In this document: positions 25,885 through 34,248 of the stretch, piece by piece
Layout: every line of letters begins with the position of its first letter
Position numbering within the stretch: position 1 is the stretch's first letter
IMG/VR virus record: IMGVR_UViG_3300037067_009230
Location: 12,156 to 76,155 of that record
Source: a virus
Lineage: Duplodnaviria; Caudoviricetes
DNA length: 64,000 nt
Direction: 5' to 3' (one strand)
Made by a program: the position numbers and the translations under genes
Notes under the pieces: generated by a model
What the model was told of the DNA's origin: nothing
What the model saw: only the letters and a program-made list of their open reading frames with translations
Databases searched by the model: none

Positions 25885-27830
25885 TAGTTTAAAATTAAAT
25901 TGTTATTTTCTTTAGTAAAATTTATTGTATTAGCATATAAGTTATCCAGAGTACTGGAATGAGATATTACATAAACACTCTTTCCTTCATCGGCTTTCAT
26001 CCTAATTAAATCAAATACAGCATTTTCACCATCCTCATCCAAACCATCAAAAACTTCATCCATAATTAATAGGTTGATATCTGTATTAATTGAAATGAGA
26101 TCGTACATCGCAAAAATTAAAACGATATCTAATCTTTGCTTCTCACCCCCTGAAAATTCTTTATAGTCTTTATTTAATTTATCCCCTAAAGAGCATATTG
26201 TCGTAAAAGGCTTGCTAGATTTCGTTAAATCAATTGCAAATTCAATTGATATTCCAAGCCGTTCTCCATATTTGCGTGTATTCTCGTTAAGCTGGGCCAG
26301 CATAGCGTTAAAAATAAATGCTTTTATTCCACTGGCACCAAATCCCTTCTCAGACCACCATTTTATTATTTTAATCTCTTCTTGTAAATCCGTGATATTA
26401 CTATTAAGTGATTCAGATTTAATCTTCATTAAAGTAATTGCTTTCCCCTGTGATGCTATATTAAAATCTGGAGCCTTTTCATTCTGTAAAGATTTTAACC
26501 TAATCTTTTCATTTTCTAATAGGACTATCTCAAATAGGGTATTTTCAATGTTATTAAGTTCTTGATATCTGGCAGCAACTACATTGTATCTATCATTTGT
26601 GGTAGTAATATCGTTTTTAACTCTTTTAATCCCTTCTGTGACATCATCTAAAGCCTGTGTTAATTGAAGTAATTTATTATTTAACTCAAGTATCTGAGTA
26701 TTTAAATCTTCAATCTCAGCCTCAGCCTCTTTGTTAGCAGTCGAATAAATCTTTTCAATATTTGCATGATTAGTTTGATTAATAGCCTGATGACATACAG
26801 GGCATAATCCTTTTACAATAGATTCTTTAACAATACCTTTATTTTCCTCAATCTCTTTCTTAATTTGATTTATTCTAGCAGTAAACTGGTTAATTCTATA
26901 ATTATTATTATCAATCTCAGACTGAATACGTTTCTGGTCATTATCAATCTCTACCAAATCCAATCGATACTTATTCTTGGTACTAGTGAGTTCATTATAT
27001 TCCTGTTCAATCTTATCATGTTCTTCTTTGTCATAATCAAGAGGAGGAACAACTACTTTTAACTCATTATTATAATTAGTAATAAGAGTTTCAAAACCCT
27101 TAATATTTGATTCACAGTCTGAAATCTTATTAGCCTGATTCTGACCCCACTCCTCACAAAGACGTTTATCCCGAACAAGGGTAGCCTCTGCCATAGTAAT
27201 CTGAGAATTAAGGGTATCAGCCTCAGATATGATCTTACTAAGATTTTGATTCTTCTCAGTAAGATCCAGTTCGGCTTTATGCTTACAGATATTAACCCAC
27301 TCTACATCAAATAATTGCTCAAACAAGGCTCTCTTATCTTTATTATCCTGAGTGATTAATCGGGCCATCCTTTGACCAAACATTACAGAGTTCATAAATG
27401 TCTTAGGATCAGTGCCAAGGAGTTTATTAATTCTTTCCTGAGTTTCATCTTTATTAATTCCTGGGAAAAGTTGTTCATTATTTTTCCAGAGCATGAGTGA
27501 ATCATTACCCTTTAAACCGTTAGTATCTCCCTTATAATCCAAATGACGAGCAATGGAGTAATCTTCTCCATCTACTTCAAAATACGTTATTACTCTGGTT
27601 CCTTTCCAATTTGAGGGTCTTATCTCTTCCCATGAAGCGACTTTATCCTGATTAGTTTCTTTTAAGTTTGTACCAAATAAACACCATACCACAGATTCAA
27701 ATAATGTTGTTTTTTTAGTACCATTAACACCTTTAATAAGATTTAATCCGGGACGGTCAAGATCAAATATTAATTGATTGACGATACCACGGAAACCATC
27801 TATTATTGCTTGTTGAAATTTAATTTTCAT
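25884..27830 (-). CDS. sbcC: SbcC/Rad50 (gp46-like) ATPase
   Basis: Walker A variant GVNGTKKT, coiled coil, Zn-hook CPVC, FSGGE signature, MDEVFDGLD, ISH. Confidence 0.9.
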   Translation of the reverse strand: MKIKFQQAIIDGFRGIVNQLIFDLDRPGLNLIKGVNGTKKTTLFESVVWCLFGTNLKETNQDKVASWEEIRPSNWKGTRVITYFEVDGEDYSIARHLDYKGDTNGLKGNDSLMLWKNNEQLFPGINKDETQERINKLLGTDPKTFMNSVMFGQRMARLITQDNKDKRALFEQLFDVEWVNICKHKAELDLTEKNQNLSKIISEADTLNSQITMAEATLVRDKRLCEEWGQNQANKISDCESNIKGFETLITNYNNELKVVVPPLDYDKEEHDKIEQEYNELTSTKNKYRLDLVEIDNDQKRIQSEIDNNNYRINQFTARINQIKKEIEENKGIVKESIVKGLCPVCHQAINQTNHANIEKIYSTANKEAEAEIEDLNTQILELNNKLLQLTQALDDVTEGIKRVKNDITTTNDRYNVVAARYQELNNIENTLFEIVLLENEKIRLKSLQNEKAPDFNIASQGKAITLMKIKSESLNSNITDLQEEIKIIKWWSEKGFGASGIKAFIFNAMLAQLNENTRKYGERLGISIEFAIDLTKSSKPFTTICSLGDKLNKDYKEFSGGEKQRLDIVLIFAMYDLISINTDINLLIMDEVFDGLDEDGENAVFDLIRMKADEGKSVYVISHSSTLDNLYANTINFTKENNNLILN

Positions 27831-27856
27831 TTTATTAATAATTAATAAAAAGTGTG

Positions 27857-27912
27857 TTTATTTACTGATTTTTGTATAGTAAACATACTAAAGGTGTGTT
27901 TACTAGCTAGTT
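27857..27912 (-). repeat. 56-bp attI-like array-terminal element, copy 3
   Basis: Matches copy 1 except for the hairpin loop, which is reverse-complemented (CTTTA vs TAAAG), and one substitution. Confidence 0.9.
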
Positions 27913-28267
27913 AGCAGCCATTTTTAAGGAAGTCTGGTAGCTTCTCATAACATTCACTTAAAAATAATGGTCTGTCTTTGTAATGCTTTCGTAACTTCAA
28001 GAGCATATTTCTTTGATATTCCACCTGTTTAACAAAGTCATTGTATTCGGTTTCTGTAAGTTCATTTTGTCCTTCTTTTCTAAAGAATTTATTGTAGAAA
28101 TAAACAAGTGAATCTTTGCACTTTTGAAGTTCCTCTTGGTCAGCAGATAATAAACGGCTGCTAACCGCATCTATACCCAATTGGGTAGTTTCTGAGGTAT
28201 TCAAATTTTTGTGTTCCATTGTTACTTTATTTTTTAAGTTGATAATTTTGTGTTTCAAATTGCCCAA
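27911..28267 (-). CDS. Cassette D8 protein (probable start 28219 in hairpin loop)
   Basis: QLGIDAVSS N-terminus comes from the hairpin arm; stop inside CTAAC. Confidence 0.65.
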   Translation of the reverse strand: MGNLKHKIINLKNKVTMEHKNLNTSETTQLGIDAVSSRLLSADQEELQKCKDSLVYFYNKFFRKEGQNELTETEYNDFVKQVEYQRNMLLKLRKHYKDRPLFLSECYEKLPDFLKNGC

Positions 28268-28319
28268 CTGGGCATAGCTGCAACACGTTAGGTTTAATAA
28301 TTACCCCTACGCACCGGGA

Positions 28320-28490
28320 CTAATTACTATCAGGATCGTATGTTTTATATTTCCATCCTAACCATGCCATTCGTCCAAATTTCTTATCCAGTTCTAAATC
28401 AATGTGGGCCATTGACCAATTCTTACTGATTTCAAATTCCTCTGATGACCCATTTTCTAATTCTACAATTATTGTTCTCATTTGTCGCAT
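28320..28490 (-). CDS. Cassette D7 protein (56 aa, not in ORF track)
   Basis: Translated by hand: MRQMRTIIVELENGSSEEF...WLGWKYKTYDPDSN. Confidence 0.55.
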   Translation of the reverse strand: MRQMRTIIVELENGSSEEFEISKNWSMAHIDLELDKKFGRMAWLGWKYKTYDPDSN

Positions 28491-28577
28491 AATTAATTTC
28501 GTTATCTGATCTCTTCTGTAATTACTGAAATCTAACTACGTGTAAAATTCATTGAAACGAAATTTTACACCTGTCCG

Positions 28578-28874
28578 TTAGCAAACATGCCGATAGAGGT
28601 ACCCACTTTTATGAGCGCGTTCATCAACTTGTTGCATTAGTTCTTTTGCTGATTCACTTCCGTAAGGTCTGCGATATTTGACTTCTTCTGTGCCGTCTGG
28701 CCACTTTTGCACAATTTCAGTAGTTACAAAGGCACGATTTGCTAACAATGTATTTACGCCATTGGCGGTTACATTCTCGCTGGATAAGTTATCGGTTTTC
28801 ATATATTCGTTTTTACGTTTAAAATTTGTACTAATTAATCGCCAACAGGCGCAAATACTCACCGTTAGCGGCAA
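28578..28874 (-). CDS. Cassette D6 protein (probable start 28802)
   Basis: Start in hairpin loop; stop inside CTAAC. Confidence 0.6.
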   Translation of the reverse strand: MPLTVSICACWRLISTNFKRKNEYMKTDNLSSENVTANGVNTLLANRAFVTTEIVQKWPDGTEEVKYRRPYGSESAKELMQQVDERAHKSGYLYRHVC

Positions 28875-29167
28875 TTAAGCGATTTTATGTACTCATTAGC
28901 AACATAACTTGCTTTGCATTCATCAAACTCATTAAGTGTTGATTTGTACCATATCAAAAAATCGCTTAACAGTTCGCTTTGCCCGCTAACATCAGGTATA
29001 GTTAATTGCCTTTGCTCCGATTCATACCCGTTCGCTAAGTGCTCAGAATATTCGGTCATTAACCTAATAACAGTATCATAACTAAATGCTGTTCCTTCTT
29101 CTTGTCCGTCTGGGTAACGAACTTTCTGTGTGTACCCTTTTTCAAATAAAAATTGATGTGCTTTCAT
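28865..29167 (-). CDS. Cassette D5 protein; N-terminal ~59 aa encoded within a giant attC-like hairpin
   Basis: QLTIPDVS marks the GTT junction; stop inside CTAAC. Confidence 0.65.
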   Translation of the reverse strand: MKAHQFLFEKGYTQKVRYPDGQEEGTAFSYDTVIRLMTEYSEHLANGYESEQRQLTIPDVSGQSELLSDFLIWYKSTLNEFDECKASYVANEYIKSLNCR

Positions 29168-29275
29168 AATTCGCTCACTATTTAAGTTATTAAAGTTTAT
29201 TACTCTTATTAAGGTTAGTAGTAATTTGACAGAGGCAACTAACCATACCTGTGTTCGTTAGGCACAATAAAAAGA

Positions 29276-29512
29276 TTACGGTGTATCTCTGAAATAAGCA
29301 GTTGTGATATGATATTTTGCTTGTTCATCTTTTGGTAGTTTATGAATTTCGTCCATAATCCTATTATACATCTCCACCTTTTTAATCTTATACTGTTTAA
29401 GTTCTTTATACCATTTTATGGCGAATGGTAGTTTAGTTATCCACCCAATTAAAATGCCTATTGCTAAAATAATACATGTACTCATATTATTAAGATTTAC
29501 TGTGCCTAACAC
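29276..29512 (-). CDS. Cassette D4 membrane-anchored protein (probable start 29485)
   Basis: Hydrophobic N-terminus CIILAIGILIGW. Confidence 0.6.
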   Translation of the reverse strand: MLGTVNLNNMSTCIILAIGILIGWITKLPFAIKWYKELKQYKIKKVEMYNRIMDEIHKLPKDEQAKYHITTAYFRDTP

Positions 29513-29638
29513 ATGCTATAAAAAATAGCGGTTTTAGTAGTTTGCACAAGGTTTATACTTCTATTTAATTTCACTGTATTTTGATAAATTTGTTCTTCTA
29601 TTTCCGCTACTTTTCATAGCATCAACGTTAGGGTGCAT

Positions 29639-29977
29639 TTAAAAATCCTTACACCAACTATCCAACTGAAAGGATAGACTGTCATATACTATTGTTTTAT
29701 TTGGTAACTTTCGCCAATTCCAATAACCTCGTGGATATTCTTCTGTTGCAATAAATTTAATTTGCTTTTTGATTAATCCAAACAAAATAGGTTGTTCGCA
29801 AGTCAAAATGATGTTACCCTTTTCGTTTGTTTCTTTTTTAATTGCTTTCATAAAAATTGAATAAAAACGCACCCTAACAATGTATATAGCAAATTGGGGG
29901 TGTCGTTCCAACTTGTATATTTGTGCTGTTAATTTACTTCTGTGTGGCTCGATAGGGTAGCACATTTTAATCCCCAA
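29639..29977 (-). CDS. Cassette D3 protein (alternative start 29851)
   Basis: Body bounded by gttagggtgc / gcaccctaac. Confidence 0.6.
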   Translation of the reverse strand: MGIKMCYPIEPHRSKLTAQIYKLERHPQFAIYIVRVRFYSIFMKAIKKETNEKGNIILTCEQPILFGLIKKQIKFIATEEYPRGYWNWRKLPNKTIVYDSLSFQLDSWCKDF

Positions 29978-30021
29978 CTTGCCATATACTTAACGTTAGT
30001 TGCAAGGCTAAGTCCATGCAT

Positions 30022-30852
30022 TTAATCAACATTTGTGGGTAAATCCGTAAAAGAAAAAAGCCCACGCTCTTTTGCTTTTTCAAAGCAATTAGGGTTAATG
30101 TCACAACCAATAAAACTTCGGTTTAAGTCTTTACAAACTTCTGCTGTTGTAAAACTACCTGAATAAAAGTCCGCAACTAAATCACCTTCATTGCTACTTG
30201 CTTTAATAATTCGTTCAATTAATGATTTTGGTTTTTGGGTATCATACCCAAGTCTTTCAGAGTTAGTCGGCCCTAAATTATTCAATTCCCAAACATCATC
30301 AATAGGTGTTGAATCTTGTATTTTATAAACAACATCCCCATTTTCATCCCTTTTCATTACCTTTTTGCCATCTTTCACATCTACCTTATTTTTCTTTCTT
30401 GGTGTTTCTAACGGTAATCTTAATTCATTAAATATTATTTTGTCGGTTTTACCATAAAATATAAGTATATCGTGGTTTTTAGCAAACGCCTTTTGTTTTA
30501 TACTCCATTTATTGTAACTCCAAATAACCTCATTCACAAAATTATCATACCCAAATATATCATCCATAATACACCGCATCCAATGGTTTATTTTTGTGTC
30601 CATTTGTAGGTAAATGCTTCCTGTTGGTTTTAATATCCTGTGCATTTCTTTTATTCGTGGTATGTAGTGGCTTTCAATTTCGCTTCGTATTGGCTTTATA
30701 TCTTGATAGTCTGCAAATCTTCTACCAGTACCATAGAGTATATCACAATAAATTAAATCAATCGTGTTGTCTTTAATTTCTGCCATCAATTCTAAATTGT
30801 CGCAAATTCTAAGGTCTAAAAACCCCTCCCCATTTTTTTCTTTTACTCTCAT
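30022..30852 (-). CDS. N4/N6 DNA methyltransferase (beta class), cassette D2
   Basis: Motif IV variant YCDILYGTG, TQKPKSLIERII, motif I DFYSGSFTT, FIGCDIN. Confidence 0.85.
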   Translation of the reverse strand: MRVKEKNGEGFLDLRICDNLELMAEIKDNTIDLIYCDILYGTGRRFADYQDIKPIRSEIESHYIPRIKEMHRILKPTGSIYLQMDTKINHWMRCIMDDIFGYDNFVNEVIWSYNKWSIKQKAFAKNHDILIFYGKTDKIIFNELRLPLETPRKKNKVDVKDGKKVMKRDENGDVVYKIQDSTPIDDVWELNNLGPTNSERLGYDTQKPKSLIERIIKASSNEGDLVADFYSGSFTTAEVCKDLNRSFIGCDINPNCFEKAKERGLFSFTDLPTNVD

Positions 30853-31022
30853 TCGTTCATTTAATTAAGTTTCTACTAATTTTACCGCCCAGCATATAAC
30901 AATGTATATAATTTATAGGCAGTTATGTTAATAATTCAATCTTTATTTCTCGTTTAAAGTATGTAGGTAACTCAAAATTCGTAGCTCGAAATGCCTACAA
31001 ATCATATACAAACCGTTAGCAC

Positions 31023-31262
31023 CTATTTTAAAATGAATGACTGACAATCATCACATATAAAACTATGAGCATAAACAGATTTTAATTCGCACCATGAGCA
31101 ATGACCATATGTGGCACCCGTATAGTATTTACAGTTCCCGTATTTATAAAAAACAGGTGCTAACACAGGCTCAACTGCAATAGCTGGAGAAGTATGTTGC
31201 GTAGGTCTTACTCTTTTTGCCATGTTCGTTGTATTTTGATAATTAAGTATTTCAAATTCCAC
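31023..31262 (-). CDS. Cassette D1 small Cys-rich protein (probable start 31223)
   Basis: CKYY...HCSWC...ICDDC; start in hairpin loop. Confidence 0.6.
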   Translation of the reverse strand: MEFEILNYQNTTNMAKRVRPTQHTSPAIAVEPVLAPVFYKYGNCKYYTGATYGHCSWCELKSVYAHSFICDDCQSFILK

Positions 31263-31283
31263 TACATGCGGTTAGCATCAACG

Positions 31284-31676
31284 TTAGACACCTATTTCAA
31301 AAGAATAATCACTCCCATTGATAGTTTCTTTTTCATAATAATTACATAGTTCACCAAGGGAATAGAAAACAGGTATATTATGTTTCTTTGCAAGTGCTAC
31401 CTCATCATCTGCGCCAACGCTCTCACCAGATAAACGCAGTACACAATCACAAACTAGTAGCCATATATTATCTATAGTAATCCAATCATTGTCGGGTCTT
31501 GGCTGTACTACATTTTGAAAATGATTTAAAAGTGGTACAAAAGGCACAAAATTTAAATTCATGAGAATATGTGCAGTATCTATCTGCCTATTTACATTTG
31601 AGATTTTATTACCCAGTGTATAAGGACTTGCGATATAAACCTTAATTGAATCTTTAGTCATATTTGGGAAAGTCAT
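31284..31676 (-). CDS. DUF1937/DUF4406-like (nucleoside 2-deoxyribosyltransferase-like) protein
   Basis: KVYIASPY...WLLVCDCVLRLSGESVGADDEV...IPVF. Confidence 0.75.
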   Translation of the reverse strand: MTFPNMTKDSIKVYIASPYTLGNKISNVNRQIDTAHILMNLNFVPFVPLLNHFQNVVQPRPDNDWITIDNIWLLVCDCVLRLSGESVGADDEVALAKKHNIPVFYSLGELCNYYEKETINGSDYSFEIGV

Positions 31677-32653
31677 TTTATTAAAATTAATCCATAGTTT
31701 AAAACCTTCTCATCTAATTTAGTGACTTCTGCATAGTTTTTTATAATAGTCTCCGGTGCAAGGTCTGTTCTGAAATTATTTAACATTTCCTGCTGCTTAG
31801 TGGTTTTTGTATTAATGACAGGAGACCATACCACATATTGCTGTTGTTCCCACTCAGTTAACTCAGATCCCTCTTCTTTTCTAATGAACTGGGGAAATTT
31901 ATCTGTGATGTCCTTAAATGATATAGTATTAGGATCATCTAAGTCTAATATCCAGAATCCCTTCCGTTTTCCAAGATCTCCGAGATCCCTATGCATAGGA
32001 CTTCCGACATTAATAAACTTATCAGTTATCTCTCCACCATCATGGACATGACCATTAAACACCATATCAAAATTATCAAATAATGAATCATCTGGTTGAA
32101 TATGATCTTTCTCTGGAAAGCCAGAAGCTACCATCTGGTGCATGAGAAGATAACTTTTACCTGTAGTATATGTTTGTTTCACTTTATCCTGTAAACCACC
32201 AAGAACCTTTTTAAAATGCTCCGGATATTCAAAATATGAAATACCAAATATATGATTATTGTTATCGGTAGATAGCCGACTCATATCATTTAATAGAATG
32301 AAATTATCAAACAAAATAGCCAAATGTTGAAGGGCACTGGTAGCCGGTTGGTCTATGAGATTTTTACTTGCTTGATCATGATTACCAGAAATAGCTATAA
32401 TCTTGATTAATGGATATTTCTTAAAGTTATTCTTGAAGCAGGCAATAATAGCATCCTCAGCTTCAGTGGACATAATCTGCATCAAGTTATAAAGATCCCC
32501 CGGCAATAAGATATATTTTATTTCATTTACACTTGCAAAATTAAACAGGTAATCAAGATATGCAATTCCATTATTTAACCTGCGGTTATCCTGATTGAAT
32601 TTCTGATATTTATGCACGTGGATATCTGACGTAACAATAGCTAATTCACTCAT
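31673..32653 (-). CDS. sbcD: SbcD/Mre11 (gp47-like) nuclease
   Basis: SDIH, PGDLYN, GNHD, NGHVH motifs. Confidence 0.9.
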   Translation of the reverse strand: MSELAIVTSDIHVHKYQKFNQDNRRLNNGIAYLDYLFNFASVNEIKYILLPGDLYNLMQIMSTEAEDAIIACFKNNFKKYPLIKIIAISGNHDQASKNLIDQPATSALQHLAILFDNFILLNDMSRLSTDNNNHIFGISYFEYPEHFKKVLGGLQDKVKQTYTTGKSYLLMHQMVASGFPEKDHIQPDDSLFDNFDMVFNGHVHDGGEITDKFINVGSPMHRDLGDLGKRKGFWILDLDDPNTISFKDITDKFPQFIRKEEGSELTEWEQQQYVVWSPVINTKTTKQQEMLNNFRTDLAPETIIKNYAEVTKLDEKVLNYGLILIK

Positions 32654-33122
32654 CTTTTATAAAATCTGTTAATGTATTATTTCCTTTTGGTAAATGTATT
32701 ATACATCCTAAGGGTTCAAAATATGCAACTATCTTATCCACAGCCTCACTAAATTCAACTGTTGACATTTGAGAGAAATGTTTACCTTTAATAACAATTA
32801 CCTCTTCCCCTTGAATCGTTTCAAGTACTGGCTGCTGACCAAGAACTTTTGTTCTGAGATAAGCATAAACAGCATCCTTAGTATGTATTTCCCCTGTAGT
32901 TTCTTTAAGAAATGCCATTACCTCTACGACAGCTACACCCCAAATATAACGGTTCTGGGCATCTGTACGCTTTTTATAGAAGGGTCTTAAAGTAATCTCC
33001 AAGGGAGTTTCTTTTATGATTTGAAATAATCTAACTAATAGGCCCCCAGAGTCTATTATGATACTCTGGAGGTCATCAGAAAATTTACCTGTTACGGTAT
33101 AGTTAAAATCTTTTCCGGCCAC
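32646..33122 (-). CDS. NinB/YbcN-like recombination protein
   Basis: RTDAQNRYIWG...SQMSTVEFSEAVDKI. Confidence 0.6.
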   Translation of the reverse strand: MAGKDFNYTVTGKFSDDLQSIIIDSGGLLVRLFQIIKETPLEITLRPFYKKRTDAQNRYIWGVAVVEVMAFLKETTGEIHTKDAVYAYLRTKVLGQQPVLETIQGEEVIVIKGKHFSQMSTVEFSEAVDKIVAYFEPLGCIIHLPKGNNTLTDFIKDE

Positions 33123-34189
33123 TACTGTGTATCTTTAAGATCCTGTAAAAGATTTCTACCTCTTCTACTACTTGTAGGGGCTGCTGGTGGTGGGGTACTT
33201 GGTGTACCAGCCCTTCTACCTCTACCAGATGGAGCTGCAACCTCTTCCTGTATTTGAGTAGGAGCATCAATTGGTGCAGGAGCAGGTGCAGGAGTAGCAC
33301 CCGGACGTCTACGTGGAGTCGGAGCCTCTTCTGCATCAGTATCCTTAAATTTATCCTTCAATGCATTCCGTATGTCAGGAAATTCATAATTTGCATCAGA
33401 ATCAGCAGGAATCTCACAGTCCCCATAGAGATAGTTACCCATTACTGCACTCATGTACTCATCCGTAAACATCATGGATTGTGCAATCTCAAAAGGATCT
33501 GTTAATTTACCTTCCTGATAAAACTCAATAGGCATTGGCATCTTCTCAGTTGCAGCTACGGCATACTTGGAATCTCTATCTTCACCTGTTCTAGTAAGAA
33601 CAATATTCATACCATCAGTAGCACTCATCATCTGTGAATTACCACGGGTCTGAGCAATAACATTGATCGCTTTAATAACGGTAAGATTAGCTACCAGAAT
33701 TTTTACTCTGTTATCAAGAATAAAATTCTTTATTTTTTCAACATCATAAGATCTCCCATCTGCACCATAAATTCCTGCGATGTTGTTGTTTGCATCAAGT
33801 TCCCAATTAAACTGTAAAACTGGAACCCAATATTCCCATTTAAACTGAATAAGTGGGATATTTTTAATGTTCTTTTTATTGAGAAGCAGAGCAAGAGTTT
33901 TATCTGTCTTAGACACACGGTCAGCTTCTTTTTTCATATTTTCCAGAACATCTATTTCTTCTGGGCCAAAGAGTTTCTTTGATATTAGTCTTTTACCATT
34001 AACCCACCAAACCGGAACTTCAACGAAATATACACCATCCATAGATGGTAAAGGATTTAAAATCCTTGCATCAAGAGGTTTTGTAATCTTACTAACCTGA
34101 ATCCAATTCTTGTTAGCACCTCCACCTCTCTTTTTTAGTTCTTCTTCTTTTTCTTTTAATTTACTTAGATCTAACCCTGTGTTACTCAT
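33122..34189 (-). CDS. Putative single-stranded DNA-binding protein (gp32-like)
   Basis: DGMNIVLTRTGEDRDSKYAV, acidic/Pro-rich disordered tail, located next to polA. Confidence 0.55.
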   Translation of the reverse strand: MSNTGLDLSKLKEKEEELKKRGGGANKNWIQVSKITKPLDARILNPLPSMDGVYFVEVPVWWVNGKRLISKKLFGPEEIDVLENMKKEADRVSKTDKTLALLLNKKNIKNIPLIQFKWEYWVPVLQFNWELDANNNIAGIYGADGRSYDVEKIKNFILDNRVKILVANLTVIKAINVIAQTRGNSQMMSATDGMNIVLTRTGEDRDSKYAVAATEKMPMPIEFYQEGKLTDPFEIAQSMMFTDEYMSAVMGNYLYGDCEIPADSDANYEFPDIRNALKDKFKDTDAEEAPTPRRRPGATPAPAPAPIDAPTQIQEEVAAPSGRGRRAGTPSTPPPAAPTSSRRGRNLLQDLKDTQ

Positions 34190-34248
34190 GTTTAAAATGT
34201 TTAATTGTTTTGGACAAAATTGTCATTGATTTTATAGGAACAAATATA

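Larger units (their letters stand above)
27857..31287 (-). mobile_element. Integron-like cassette array 3: eight cassettes and eight attC-like sites
   Basis: Sites at 31287-31160, 31019-30896, 29999-29874, 29631-29506, 29261-28986, 28868-28742, 28581-28532 and 28291-28161. Each cassette has its own GTT...AAC end repeats. Confidence 0.85.

Noticed and set aside
27857-31287. Hairpin repeats as a CRISPR array or as simple terminators
   Set aside because: Repeats are not identical direct repeats, the spacers are whole genes, there are no U-tracts after the stems, and the cassette-specific end repeats need another explanation.
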